From NCBI GenBank assembly GCA_038245905.1, contig JBBRRY010000018.1:10757-74756 (forward strand): a stretch of 64,000 bases of DNA. Direction: 5' to 3'. This document shows positions 31,200 to 40,941 of the stretch, one piece after another. The position numbers and the translations under genes are program-made. The stretch's first letter is position 1. The number at the start of each line of letters is the position of its first letter. The stretch comes from Thermoanaerobaculia bacterium (GTDB taxonomy: Bacteria > Acidobacteriota > Thermoanaerobaculia > UBA5066). A model generated the notes under the pieces. It searched no databases and was not told the origin of the DNA. It saw only the letters and a list, made by a program, of their open reading frames with translations.

Positions 31200-32867
31200 T
31201 CAGTACTCCGGTCCCGTGAAGGTCGAGGCCTTTTCGGGCGCGAGCGGCTCGCCCGCGAGCTTCGCACGCACGTGCTTGGCGACGCGCAGGCCGTCGAGAG
31301 CCGCCGAGACGATGCCGCCCGCGAACCCAGCCCCCTCGCCCGCAGGGAAAAGACCGGGCACCGTCGTCGACTCGCACCAGCCGTTGCGTTCGATGCGGAC
31401 GGGCGAGGACGTGCGCGACTCCGGGGCGAGGAGGACCGCCTCGTCGGAAACGAAACCGCGCATCTTCAGGTCGAAGGCCCGGAGTCCCTCCGCCAGAGCC
31501 TCGAGATAGGGCTCGGGCAGGATGCCGTCGAAGAGCGCGGGAACGACCGCCGGGCCGTACGTCGTGTGCGGAATCTCCCGCGGCTCGACGCGCCCCGTGC
31601 GGCTCTTCAGAAAGTCGGTGACGCGGAGCGCGGGGGCGGCGTACGTCGAGCCTCCGGCGCGGAACGCCGCTTCCTCGACGCGGCGCTGGAGCTCGCGCCC
31701 CCGGAGCAGCGGCTCGCCCGGCTGGGAGTCGAAGTCCTCGTCGCGCGTCTGAACGACGATTCCGGCGTTCGCGTAACCGGAGGAGCGCTTGTACCGCGAC
31801 ATCCCGTTCGTCACGACGCCAGAGGGCTCCGACGAGCACGCGATGACCTCGCCGCCCGGGCACATGCAGAACGTATAGATGCCGCGCCCGTTCGACGCGA
31901 CGTGCGCCTGCTTGTAGTCGGCGGGCATCACGCCGCACGAGGACGAGAGCTGCGCGTACTGGATGAGGTCCACGGCGTCCTGGGGATGCTCGATCCGGAC
32001 TCCCATCGCGAAGTGCTTCCGCGTCATCGCGACGCCGCGCCGGAGAAGCATCTCCATCGTGTCGCGAGCCGAGTGGCCGAGAGCGAAGATCGCGAGCTCG
32101 GCCGTGATCTCCTCCCCCGAGGCCAGGATCAGGGCGTGAAGGCGGTTGTCCTTACCCCGCGTCACGAGATCGACGACCTTCGCGCGGTAGCGCAGCGTGG
32201 CGCCGTGCTCGAGAAGGTGCTTGCGGACGTTCCGGAGGACGACGACGAGCCGGTCCGTGCCGATGTGCGGCTTCGCGTCGACGAGAATCGAGGCCGGCGC
32301 GCCGAAGCGGTGCAGCGTCTCGAGGACGACCGCGATCTTGTCGTGGCGCTTGCCGCAGGCCAGCTTCCCGTCGCTGAACGTGCCGGCGCCGCCTTCCCCG
32401 AACTGGACGTTCGACTCGGGGTCGAAGACGCCGGACGTCCAGAACTTCATCACCGCGCGGTAGCGGTCTTCGGCCGGATCTCCGCGCTCGAGCACGGTGA
32501 CGGGGATGCCCGCGTCCACGAGTGCGAGCGCCGCGAAGAGGCCCGCGGGTCCCGTCCCGACCACGGCGGTCTTCGCGGCGCGCTCGACCGGCGGGAGGAG
32601 GAGATCGGGGCCGTGCGGAGCAGGAGCGTCCGCGAGGCGGAGAGGAGGGGAAAGCCGGGGGGCGAGCGGCGCCTCGGAAGAGAACTCCACGCTCAGGTCC
32701 CAGAAGAGGGCGGGCTTCTGCCGCGCGTCCAGCGAGCGGCGCACGAGGACGAAATCCGAAAGCCCGTCTGGCGAGACGCCGAGGGCGCGCGCGACGACGG
32801 CGAGGTCCACGCTCTTCGGCGCACGGGCGCGGAGGCCGGAGAGACGGTAACGAAACGAGCCCGGCAC
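31200..32867 (-). CDS. Uncharacterised FAD-dependent oxidoreductase
   Basis: VVGTGPAG, FGEGGAGTFSDGKL, TFCMCPGG, GEGAGFAGGIVSAA. Confidence 0.88.
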   Translation of the reverse strand: MPGSFRYRLSGLRARAPKSVDLAVVARALGVSPDGLSDFVLVRRSLDARQKPALFWDLSVEFSSEAPLAPRLSPPLRLADAPAPHGPDLLLPPVERAAKTAVVGTGPAGLFAALALVDAGIPVTVLERGDPAEDRYRAVMKFWTSGVFDPESNVQFGEGGAGTFSDGKLACGKRHDKIAVVLETLHRFGAPASILVDAKPHIGTDRLVVVLRNVRKHLLEHGATLRYRAKVVDLVTRGKDNRLHALILASGEEITAELAIFALGHSARDTMEMLLRRGVAMTRKHFAMGVRIEHPQDAVDLIQYAQLSSSCGVMPADYKQAHVASNGRGIYTFCMCPGGEVIACSSEPSGVVTNGMSRYKRSSGYANAGIVVQTRDEDFDSQPGEPLLRGRELQRRVEEAAFRAGGSTYAAPALRVTDFLKSRTGRVEPREIPHTTYGPAVVPALFDGILPEPYLEALAEGLRAFDLKMRGFVSDEAVLLAPESRTSSPVRIERNGWCESTTVPGLFPAGEGAGFAGGIVSAALDGLRVAKHVRAKLAGEPLAPEKASTFTGPEY

Positions 32868-32899
32868 GGCCCGTATTCTGAGGCTATCCTTCAGGCCGG

Positions 32900-33637
32900 A
32901 TGATCGCCCTCGTCCTCGCGGCCGGTTTCGGCACGCGCTTCCGGCCCGAAACACTCACACGGCCAAAAGCCCTCCTCCCGCTCGGCGGCCGGCCAATCCT
33001 CTTCCACGTTTTCGACCATCTCCTGGGGCAGGGCGCGGACGCCTTCGTCGTGAACGCGCACCATCTCGCGAAGGACATGCGCGGTGCGGTCGGGGAGTCG
33101 TACGCGGGCGTCCCCATCGCATGGTCCCTCGAGGAGGAGATTCTGGGCACGGCGGGCGGCATCCGGCGCGCAGACGAGCGCGGCCTCCTCGGGAGCGGAC
33201 CGTTCCTCGTCGCGAACGCCGACGTCCTGACGACGCTGCCGCTCGGGCGTCTCCTCGCGGGGCGGCACGAGCCCGGGGTCGTGTCGGCGCTCGCGGTTCT
33301 CCCGAACGGAAACCCTTCCGTCGACACGCCGCTCTGGGCCGATGCGTCGGGGCGGCTCGTGACGGTGGGTGGCGAGCGCCCCGGGCCCGACGCCACGGGG
33401 CCGTGGCTCTTCACCGGGCTTCAGGCCGCCACCCCCGCGCTCGCCGCGCGCGTTCCCGCGGGTTTCAGCGAGCTTGCGCGGGACGTTCTCGCGCCATCGG
33501 CCCGCTCCCGGGACGGCGCGTTCGTGCTCGTCCCGTACGCGCCCGCCGACGGCCTCTGGTTCGACCTTGGAACGCGCGAGCGGCTGACGGCCGCCGAGGC
33601 AGCCCTCGAGGCTCTCAACTCTCCTGCCTCCGACTGA
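32900..33637 (+). CDS. Sugar-phosphate nucleotidyltransferase (MurU-like)
   Basis: LAAGFGTRFRP..PKAL, ILGTAGGI. Confidence 0.85.
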   Translation: MIALVLAAGFGTRFRPETLTRPKALLPLGGRPILFHVFDHLLGQGADAFVVNAHHLAKDMRGAVGESYAGVPIAWSLEEEILGTAGGIRRADERGLLGSGPFLVANADVLTTLPLGRLLAGRHEPGVVSALAVLPNGNPSVDTPLWADASGRLVTVGGERPGPDATGPWLFTGLQAATPALAARVPAGFSELARDVLAPSARSRDGAFVLVPYAPADGLWFDLGTRERLTAAEAALEALNSPASD

Positions 33638-33642
33638 CACCG

Positions 33643-34227
33643 TCACCATCTTTTGATCCACTGCAGGGATTTGCCGTGCCAGGTGAAGCTCTGGATTTTC
33701 GCGTTCGCGGGCGTCACGCGGACGGCCGCCTGGCGGCGCTTCCTGTTCGAGAGATAGACCGTGCCCGGCGATGCCTTGCCGATCGGCGAGAACGAGCAGA
33801 TATCGGACCGGCCGAAGCGAAGCGGGTCGGCGACGTTGCCAATCGGCGCGCCGCCCGGGTCGAGGCCGTCGAAACCGGGCACGAAGGAAAACGAGATACC
33901 GGGGTACTTGCCGCGGAGCCAGTAGGGCCCGCCGACGAGTCGGTCGACGCCCTTCCTTATGTCGGCCGTCGTGACGCCGTTGCCGTTCCCGTCCTGATAG
34001 ACGGAGAGGACGAGATCTCCGCCCGAGGAGATCCACTTCACTCCCACGTCGACGCCCTGAAAGACGGCGCGCGAGCGGGCCATGTTCAGGATTCCGGACA
34101 CTTCGCGGGCGGCTGCCGCAAGACCCTCCTCGGCGAGCAGGTCGGAGAGGGCGGGAAGGCTGAGGGCGAAGACGAGGCCGAGAATCAGGAGGACGACGAG
34201 AAGCTCGGGAAGGGATGTGCCGCGCAT
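33643..34227 (-). CDS. FimT/GspH-like pseudopilin
   Basis: Prepilin site G|TSLPELLVV, ARSRAV, DGNGNG. Confidence 0.82.
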   Translation of the reverse strand: MRGTSLPELLVVLLILGLVFALSLPALSDLLAEEGLAAAAREVSGILNMARSRAVFQGVDVGVKWISSGGDLVLSVYQDGNGNGVTTADIRKGVDRLVGGPYWLRGKYPGISFSFVPGFDGLDPGGAPIGNVADPLRFGRSDICSFSPIGKASPGTVYLSNRKRRQAAVRVTPANAKIQSFTWHGKSLQWIKRW

Positions 34228-34301
34228 GATCGGCTTCCTCCGCGAGGAGGGAGGGGGCGGCCCGGCGGAAATCCGCGCGCGCCGCCCCCTCGTCGCCTTC
34301 G

Positions 34302-34709
34302 TCAGGCCTTCCCCTTCTTCGTGCTCGAGGCGCCGGATTTCTTCGTCGCCTTCGAGGTGCTTCGTGTCCCCTTCGACGAAACCTTCTCGGCGAGGGTCGT
34401 CGGACCCGAAACAGACAGGTAGGGCTTCAGAGTCGTGAAGAACTTCTCACCCACGCCCTTGACCTCCATGAGGTCCTCGATGCGGCGGAACGGACCGTGC
34501 TGGGCGCGATGCGCGACGATCCGGTCGGCGAGCTTCGTGCCGACGCGCGGCAGTCGCGCGAGCTCGGCCGAGGCCGCCTGGTTGATGTTGACGGTCTTGT
34601 GCGGGGCCAGCGCGTCACCTTCCGCCACGGCGGGATGCGACGCGAGACCGGAGAGGGAGAGCCCGAGTACGGGCACGATGAGAGCGCGGACGATTGGACG
34701 CAGGACCAT
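34302..34709 (-). CDS. comEA: ComEA-like helix-hairpin-helix DNA receptor
   Basis: VNINQA..LPRVG..GPFRRIEDLMEVKGVG; signal peptide; basic tail. Confidence 0.88.
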   Translation of the reverse strand: MVLRPIVRALIVPVLGLSLSGLASHPAVAEGDALAPHKTVNINQAASAELARLPRVGTKLADRIVAHRAQHGPFRRIEDLMEVKGVGEKFFTTLKPYLSVSGPTTLAEKVSSKGTRSTSKATKKSGASSTKKGKA

Positions 34710-34863
34710 TGGAAACTCCTTTCGAGTTCGTTGTCGTTGAGGAAATTCAGAACATTCAGGACATTCCGGGATTCGGGTGTTCCTTCCGCTGATTCCCGGG
34801 CGCGCCCGGGTGCGCGTTCCGTTTCATTTCATGAAGCCTCGTCTCCTTTCGCGGCAACACATC

Positions 34864-34878
34864 GCAGGTCTCGTGCCC
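34864..34878 (-). promoter_or_regulatory. sigma54 -24/-12 promoter for comEA-fimT
   Basis: GGGCACGAGACCTGC (GG-N10-GC) on the minus strand. Confidence 0.6.
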
Positions 34879-34955
34879 CGTGGGCGTGAAAGAACGCAAC
34901 CCGCTGGCCCTGCGTGGATTGAACGAGGGGCGATTTGCGCGAGGCAGAGGGCGGA

Positions 34956-35065
34956 CTGTCAGGGCCTCCTGTCAGCCGACTGGCCGGGCCCGTCTCAAGT
35001 CCCTGCGTAGAGGAGACTTGGAACGGCCGCACGAACCCGTCGTGACCTGACAGGCGCTTCTGACA
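34956..35065. promoter_or_regulatory. Putative enhancer: inverted pair of tandem TGTCAG boxes
   Basis: TGTCAG-N7-TGTCAG at 34957-34975 and CTGACA-N7-CTGACA at 35047-35065. Confidence 0.5.
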
Positions 35066-35119
35066 CCCGATCCAGTCCACAACCTCCGCCGTAGGACAAT
35101 CGGTGCGGCAGGAGACCTC

Positions 35120-35734
35120 GTGAATCCCTCGTCTCATCTCATCCTGGGCATTTCGGGCGCGAGCGGTGCGCGCCTGGGCCTGCGCGCCCTCACGCTCTTC
35201 GCCGGCTCCCCGGACGTCTCGTGCCTTCACCTCGTGGTCTCGCCGCGCGCGCTCCTCGTGGCGCGGACGGAGATCGACGCGGGCATTTCCTCAACCCAGG
35301 CGCTCGTGGACGCCGCGGGCCTCGACCCGGCGACGCATCAGAAGCTCGCCCTGTACTCCGAGGGCGCGGTGGACGCCCCGATCTCGTCGGGGTCGTTCCG
35401 GACGCGCGGGATGGCCGTCCTGCCGTGTTCGGCGGGCACTCTCGCGTCGATCGCGCACGGGACGTCCCGAGGCCTCCTGCAGCGGGCGGCCGACGTCTGC
35501 CTCAAGGAGAGGCGCCGGCTCGTCCTCGGCCTCCGAGAGACGCCGCTTTCCCTGATCCACGCCGAGAACATCGCTCTCGTGACGCGCGCCGGCGCGATCG
35601 TCGCACCCCCCGTTCCGGCGTTCTATGCGGCGCGCACGGTTGAGCAGATGCTCGACGCGTACCTTCTCCGGGTCGCGGACCTCTTCGACATTCGCGTCGC
35701 GACGGACGACTTCCGCTGGAAAGGCGGAGCGTGA
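35120..35734 (+). CDS. ubiX: Flavin prenyltransferase
   Basis: GISGASG, ISSGSF, PCSAGTL, RAADVCLKERR, RETP. Confidence 0.93.
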   Translation: MNPSSHLILGISGASGARLGLRALTLFAGSPDVSCLHLVVSPRALLVARTEIDAGISSTQALVDAAGLDPATHQKLALYSEGAVDAPISSGSFRTRGMAVLPCSAGTLASIAHGTSRGLLQRAADVCLKERRRLVLGLRETPLSLIHAENIALVTRAGAIVAPPVPAFYAARTVEQMLDAYLLRVADLFDIRVATDDFRWKGGA

Positions 35735-36609
35735 CGGACGGCCTCGGCTCCGTGGGCCCGCGCGCAAGGCGCTTCCTCTCCCTCGTCACCTTCTCGCACA
35801 CGATCTTCGCGCTGCCCTTCGCGCTCCTCTCGGCGGTGCTCGCCGCGGGCGGCCTGCCGAAGGCCGGAACGCTTCTCTGGATCCTCGTCGCGATGGTCGG
35901 CGCGCGCTCTTCGGCGATGGCGTTCAACCGGATCGTGGATCGCGACGTCGACGCCGTGAACCCCCGCACCGCGCGGCGCGAGATTCCCTCGGGTTCCGTG
36001 TCGGTCTCCGCGGCGGCGGCCTTCTGCGCGTTCTCCGCGGGGATATTCGTCGCTGCTGCGTGGTTCCTGAACCCGCTGTGCTTCGCTCTCTCGCCCGTCG
36101 CGCTCGCGATCGTTCTCGGGTACTCCTTCACGAAGCGGCTGAGCGCTCTCTCCCACCTCGCCCTCGGACTGGGCCTCGCGATTGCGCCCGTCGGGGCGTG
36201 GATCGCGGTGACGGGCCGGTTCGCGGCGACTCCGGTCGCGCTCGGCCTCTCGGTCCTCTTCTGGGTGGCGGGTTTCGACGTGATCTACAGCCTGCAGGAC
36301 GAGGCGTTCGACCGCGCGCATGGCCTCTTCTCGCTGCCCGCTCGTCTCGGCGCCCGCCGCGCGCTCGACTTCTCGACGATTTTCCACGCGGTTTCGCTCG
36401 TGCTCCTGTACGGTGTCTTCGTCCTTTCGGAAGGCGGACCGCTTTTCGGCGCGGGCGTCGTCCTGGCGGGGATCTTCCTCGTCAGGCAGCACATCCTCGT
36501 GTCCCCGAAGGACCTTTCACGGGTCGACGCCGCCTTCTTCGCCGCGAACGGCTGGCTGTCCGTGGCCGTCTTCCTCTGCGGTGCTCTCGACGTCCTCCTC
36601 AGGCGCTAA
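35731..36609 (+). CDS. ubiA: UbiA-family polyprenyltransferase (MqnP-like)
   Basis: HTIFALPF, AMAFNRIVDRDVDAVNPRT, GFDVIYSLQD. Confidence 0.9.
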   Translation: MTDGLGSVGPRARRFLSLVTFSHTIFALPFALLSAVLAAGGLPKAGTLLWILVAMVGARSSAMAFNRIVDRDVDAVNPRTARREIPSGSVSVSAAAAFCAFSAGIFVAAAWFLNPLCFALSPVALAIVLGYSFTKRLSALSHLALGLGLAIAPVGAWIAVTGRFAATPVALGLSVLFWVAGFDVIYSLQDEAFDRAHGLFSLPARLGARRALDFSTIFHAVSLVLLYGVFVLSEGGPLFGAGVVLAGIFLVRQHILVSPKDLSRVDAAFFAANGWLSVAVFLCGALDVLLRR

Positions 36610-36621
36610 ACTCGCCGCCTC

Positions 36622-37284
36622 GTGCCGGCGCCCACCCCGAAGGAATTCCCGCTTCGCCACATCGCGATCGAAGGTCCGATCGGCGTCGGGAAGACCTCGC
36701 TCGTGGGCCTCCTCGCGAAGCGGTTCAGCGGCACGCAGATCCTCGAGGACGTCACGAATCCGTTTCTCGGGGATTTCTACGCCGGGAAGAAGGGCGCCGC
36801 GTTCCAGACGCAGATTTTCTTCCTCCTGTCGCGTTACCGCCAGCAGCAGGAGATCGCCCAGATCGACCTCTTCAGGAACCTCGTCATCGCGGACTACACG
36901 TTCGCGAAGGACAAGATCTTCGCGTACCTCACGCTGAACGACGCCGAGATCGCACTCTACGACAAGCTCTACGCCACACTCGCCGCGAGCGTCCCGCGGC
37001 CCGACCTCGTCGTGCACCTGACGGCAAGCGTCGAGACGTGCCTCTCACGCATCAAGAAGCGCGGCCGGACGTACGAGAAGGCGATCGCGCCGGAGTACCT
37101 GAAGTCCCTCGTCGAGGCCTACAACTATTTCTTCTACCACTTCCGGGACTGCCCGCTCCTCGTCGTCGAGACGAACGACATCGACTTCGTCGAGAAGAAG
37201 GGCGATCTCGAAGACCTCATCGCGCAGATTACGCGCCCGTTCCGCGGGACGCAGATTTACGTCCCGCGCGGCTCGAAGAAGTAG
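36622..37284 (+). CDS. Deoxynucleoside kinase
   Basis: IEGPIGVGKTS, QIFFLLSR, RIKKRGR. Confidence 0.92.
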   Translation: MPAPTPKEFPLRHIAIEGPIGVGKTSLVGLLAKRFSGTQILEDVTNPFLGDFYAGKKGAAFQTQIFFLLSRYRQQQEIAQIDLFRNLVIADYTFAKDKIFAYLTLNDAEIALYDKLYATLAASVPRPDLVVHLTASVETCLSRIKKRGRTYEKAIAPEYLKSLVEAYNYFFYHFRDCPLLVVETNDIDFVEKKGDLEDLIAQITRPFRGTQIYVPRGSKK

Positions 37285-37363
37285 GGAATGGCTGAGAAGC
37301 AGTCTCTCCAATTTTTCTCTTGCTTTTGCGGGCGTTCTTGATTCTCATTGATGGAATAATTCT

Positions 37364-37503
37364 CGGAGAGTTCGGTGGTCCATTCCCCGACGTCTTCGCC
37401 GGCCCATGAGGTTCATGGCCGGAAGGTTCTGGTCAAGGAGGTTCGCCCCTATTTCCAACCCCTGGGGTCACATACGGGAAACGGCCCCACCGAAGCCTCC
37501 CGA
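37364..37503 (+). ncRNA. Candidate structured RNA or 5' leader
   Basis: Closing stem GGAGAGTTCGGTGG / CCACCGAAGCCTCC with an internal CCGGCCCATGA / TCATGGCCGG hairpin. Confidence 0.35.
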
Positions 37504-37626
37504 AGTCCCGGAGCCGGTAAAGGTTTCCCACTCCCCAACCCGGCGGTCGCCGCTTCCTCTGGAGCTGCGCCCGCGATTCCCCCACGGTTCTCCGATTCCG
37601 AATCGGAAACCATCTCTGGAGCTCTG

Positions 37627-37914
37627 ATGTATACGGACAAGACCATCCCCTGTATCGACTGCAGCGCCCCCTTCACGTTCACCGCGAACGAGCAGGAGTT
37701 CTACGCCCAGAAGGGCTTCTCGAACGAGCCCAAGCGCTGCAAGAACTGCCGCGACAAGCGCAAGACCGGCGGCTTCGGCGACGGCGGCGCGCGCCAGCTC
37801 TACAACGTGACGTGCGACGCGTGCGGCAAGACGACACAGGTCCCGTTCAATCCCACGAACGGCAAGCCCGTTTACTGCCGCGACTGCTACCGCGAACGGC
37901 GTCCGGCAAGGTAA
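37627..37914 (+). CDS. Zinc-ribbon plus CxxC-x17-CxxC domain protein
   Basis: CIDC..EQEFYAQKGF..PKRCKNCR; CDACG..VPF..PVYCRDC. Confidence 0.9.
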   Translation: MYTDKTIPCIDCSAPFTFTANEQEFYAQKGFSNEPKRCKNCRDKRKTGGFGDGGARQLYNVTCDACGKTTQVPFNPTNGKPVYCRDCYRERRPAR

Positions 37915-37919
37915 GGGGG

Positions 37920-37954
37920 TTCGGGGGGAAAGGGTAGGACCCTTTCCCCCGGAA
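37920..37954. terminator. Strong hairpin, probable terminator
   Basis: GGGGGAAAGGG-TAGGA-CCCTTTCCCCC. Confidence 0.55.
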
Positions 37955-37993
37955 TTCCAGCGCGCTACGCGCGCTGCTAAAGTTCCTTCCGAA

Positions 37994-38932
37994 ATGGCTG
38001 TGCTCGCTGCACGTCCGCTCTTCGTCGCCGATTCCGCGCTGGACCTCGTCGGAAACACGCCGATGGTCCGGCTCACGCGGTTCGCCGGGAGCGGGGCGGC
38101 CGAAATTCTCGCCAAGTGCGAGTTCCTGAACCCTGGTGGCTCCGTGAAGGACCGCATCGGCGTCGGCATGATCCGCGATGCGGAAGAGAAGGGCCTCCTG
38201 AAGCCGGGCGGAACCATCATCGAGCCGACGGCGGGAAACACGGGTATCGGTCTCGCGCTCGTGGGCGTCGCGCGCGGGTATCGCGTGATCCTCTGCGTGC
38301 CGGAGAAGTTTTCGATCGAGAAGCAGAAGGTCATGGCGGCGCTCGGCGGGACCGTCGTGACGACGCCCGACGCCCTCGGGATGAAGGGCGCGATCGACAA
38401 GGCGCACGCCCTCGCGGCGGAGATTCCGGGCGCGTACGTCCCGCAGCAGTTCTCGAATCCGTCGAATCCGCGCGCGCACTACGACACGACCGGCCCCGAG
38501 ATCTTCGAGCAGTGCGGCGGCAGGCTGGATGCGATCGTGATCGGAGCGGGCTCGACCGGGACGTTCGTCGGTGTCGCCCGCTTTCTCTCCGAACGCCTGC
38601 CGAACCTCCTCAGGGTCGTCGTCGAGCCGCAGGGCTCGATCCTCGGCGGCGGGAAGGCCGGCCCGCACAAGGTCGAAGGCATCGGCCAGTCGTTCTTTCC
38701 GGAGATCTGGGATCCCGCGCTCGTCGACGAGGTGATCGCGATCGACGACGACGAGGCGTTCGCCGCCGTTCGCGAGCTCGCGCGGACGGAGGGTCTCCTC
38801 GGCGGCGGCTCCGCGGGCTGTAACGTGGCGGCCGCGCGTAAGCTCGCGCGAAGGCTGGGCCCCGGCAAGCGCGTCGTGACCCTCATCCCGGACGGCGCCG
38901 AACGCTACACGAGCCAGGGACTCCTGGGATGA
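37994..38932 (+). CDS. Cysteine synthase family protein, likely O-acetylserine-dependent cystathionine beta-synthase (MccA-like)
   Basis: NPGGSVKDR, EPTAGNTG, HKVEGIG; coupled to a cystathionine lyase gene. Confidence 0.9.
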   Translation: MAVLAARPLFVADSALDLVGNTPMVRLTRFAGSGAAEILAKCEFLNPGGSVKDRIGVGMIRDAEEKGLLKPGGTIIEPTAGNTGIGLALVGVARGYRVILCVPEKFSIEKQKVMAALGGTVVTTPDALGMKGAIDKAHALAAEIPGAYVPQQFSNPSNPRAHYDTTGPEIFEQCGGRLDAIVIGAGSTGTFVGVARFLSERLPNLLRVVVEPQGSILGGGKAGPHKVEGIGQSFFPEIWDPALVDEVIAIDDDEAFAAVRELARTEGLLGGGSAGCNVAAARKLARRLGPGKRVVTLIPDGAERYTSQGLLG

Positions 38933-40149
38933 CGACGAAAACCGGCAAGGAGACGCCCGTGAAATCGAAGGTTCCCGGATTCGCGACCAGGTGCATCCAC
39001 GCCGGGCAGGAGCCCGAGCCCCTTACCGGCGCGGTGACCGTGCCGATCTTCCAGACCTCCACGTTCGTCCAGGAGGCGTTCGGAAAGCCGCGCCAGGGTT
39101 ACGAATACGCGCGCACGAAGAACCCCACGCGCCTGGCGCTCGAGACGCAGCTCGCCGCGCTCGAGGGTGGGGCCGACGGCTTAGCCACCGCGCACGCGTT
39201 CGCATCGGGCATGGCGGCCGAGACGACGATCATGCTGAGCTTCGTGAAGGCAGGCGACCACGTCCTCGTCAGTCGCAACACGTACGGCGGCACGTATCGC
39301 TTCTTCTCGAAGGTTCTCGCGAACTTCGGCGTGACGTTCGCCTACATCGACACGACGGACGCCGAAACCGTCCGCAAGGCGGTCACGCCGGCCACGCGGA
39401 TGCTGTTCATCGAGACTCCCACGAACCCCACGATGGAGATCTCGGACCTCCGGGCCCTCGCGGGAGTCGCGCGGGACGAAGGAAAGAGAATCGGCGCGAA
39501 GATCCGGATCGTCGTCGACAACACGTTCGCGACGCCGTACTTCCAGAAGCCTCTTGCCCTCGGGTGCGACGTCGTCGTGCACTCCACGACGAAGTACTTG
39601 AACGGCCACTCGGATTCGGTGGGCGGCGCGGTCATCTGCGCGGACCCGGAGGACGGCGCGAAGATCGGCTTCACGCAGAACGCGGCGGGCGCGATCCTGT
39701 CGCCGTTCGACTCCTTCCTCGTCTCCCGGGGCATCAAGACGCTTCCCGTCCGCATGCGCGCCCACGACGCGAACGGCCGCGCGGTGGCGGCGTGGCTCTC
39801 GAAGCAGGCGAAAGTGAAAAAGGTCTTTTATCCGGGTCTCTCGTCGCACCCCGGCCACGCCGTCGCGGCGCGCCAGATGTCCGGTTTCGGCGGCATGATT
39901 TCGTTCGACCTCGGGTCGATCGAAGCCGCGAAGCGCTTCCTCGACCGGGTCGTCGTGTGCTCCCTCGGCGAGTCGCTGGGCGGCGTCGAGAGCCTCATCT
40001 CGCACCCCGCCTCGATGACGCACGCGAGCGTCGAGCCCGAAGAACGCATTCTGCGCGGCATCACGCCCGGTCTCGTGCGCCTCTCGGTCGGCATCGAAGA
40101 CCTCGAAGACATCCTCCAGGATCTCGAGAACGCCCTCGACGGGGTGTGA
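38929..40149 (+). CDS. Cystathionine gamma-lyase/synthase (MccB/MetB-like)
   Basis: YARTKNPT, ETPTNP, DNTF, HSTTKYLNGHSD, ESLGGVES. Confidence 0.92.
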   Translation: MTTKTGKETPVKSKVPGFATRCIHAGQEPEPLTGAVTVPIFQTSTFVQEAFGKPRQGYEYARTKNPTRLALETQLAALEGGADGLATAHAFASGMAAETTIMLSFVKAGDHVLVSRNTYGGTYRFFSKVLANFGVTFAYIDTTDAETVRKAVTPATRMLFIETPTNPTMEISDLRALAGVARDEGKRIGAKIRIVVDNTFATPYFQKPLALGCDVVVHSTTKYLNGHSDSVGGAVICADPEDGAKIGFTQNAAGAILSPFDSFLVSRGIKTLPVRMRAHDANGRAVAAWLSKQAKVKKVFYPGLSSHPGHAVAARQMSGFGGMISFDLGSIEAAKRFLDRVVVCSLGESLGGVESLISHPASMTHASVEPEERILRGITPGLVRLSVGIEDLEDILQDLENALDGV

Positions 40150-40150
40150 T

Positions 40151-40930
40151 TCAGGATCGGCGAAGCAGCCAGACGCCGCCCGCGGCGAGGAGCGCGGCGA
40201 GCCCCGCCCGCGCGCCGGCGTCCAGCGCAGGAATCCCCGTGGCCGGGGGAGCGCCGACGATCGGATCGTCGTAAATGACGATGAGGACGGGCCTGAGGGA
40301 ATCGTCCGATTGCTCGCGCGACCCGAAGCGCTTCGCGGTCGGCGCGATCTGGGACTCGTCGATGCGCAGCTGCCATCCGAAATTCGTGGCGGGCAAGTTG
40401 ATCCAGCCCTGCACGTCGCCGACGAGCGCTGGGGTCGTCGCCCAGAAGTAGTTGACGAGGGAGCTTCCGAGAAGCGTCGTGGCGCTCGGGAAGGACGCCG
40501 TGTCCCCCCCAGGGCTCGTCCAGGGCGTTCCCGGGTAGACACGCATCGTCCAGGTGGGATCGCCCGCCGTCGCCGGGGCTCCGCTTCCACCGGGGATGCC
40601 GGCGTCCGACGTGCCCTCGCCCCAGGGGGCCGAGACTCGATAGAGCGACGCGAATACGCTGCCCGAATTCGAGCGTGTGAGGCTCAGGCCCACCTGCACG
40701 GAGGAGACCGTAACCCCCGCCGGAACGCCCGCGAGGTCGAAGCGGAGAAAGCCACGGCGAACGCGGTCGGTGTTGTTCCGTCCCGCGAAGAGGCCGGAGC
40801 TCTTCGAATCGCTGGAGTCCCCGTTCTCCTCGAAGATCGTGGCATCTGCGGCGGGTGCGAGGACCACCGTGACGATTCCCGCCTCGGCGGTCCACGCGGA
40901 ATACAACAAGCAGAAAAGCAGAGCTCGCAC
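40151..40930 (-). CDS. DNRLRE-like domain surface protein with IPTL-CTERM sorting tail
   Basis: RRGFLRFDL, VQGW..NFGW, SRE..RPVL; tail IPALDAG-hydrophobic-RR. Confidence 0.75.
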   Translation of the reverse strand: MRALLFCLLYSAWTAEAGIVTVVLAPAADATIFEENGDSSDSKSSGLFAGRNNTDRVRRGFLRFDLAGVPAGVTVSSVQVGLSLTRSNSGSVFASLYRVSAPWGEGTSDAGIPGGSGAPATAGDPTWTMRVYPGTPWTSPGGDTASFPSATTLLGSSLVNYFWATTPALVGDVQGWINLPATNFGWQLRIDESQIAPTAKRFGSREQSDDSLRPVLIVIYDDPIVGAPPATGIPALDAGARAGLAALLAAGGVWLLRRS

Positions 40931-40941
40931 GGACGGGAGTG

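Noticed and set aside
34741-34775. Short ATTCAG/ATTCCG-type repeats in the comEA leader
   Set aside because: Too short and degenerate to assign a function
37375-37626. N-terminal extension of the zinc-ribbon ORF
   Set aside because: Family members start at MYxDK; an RBS precedes 37627; region better explained as structured RNA
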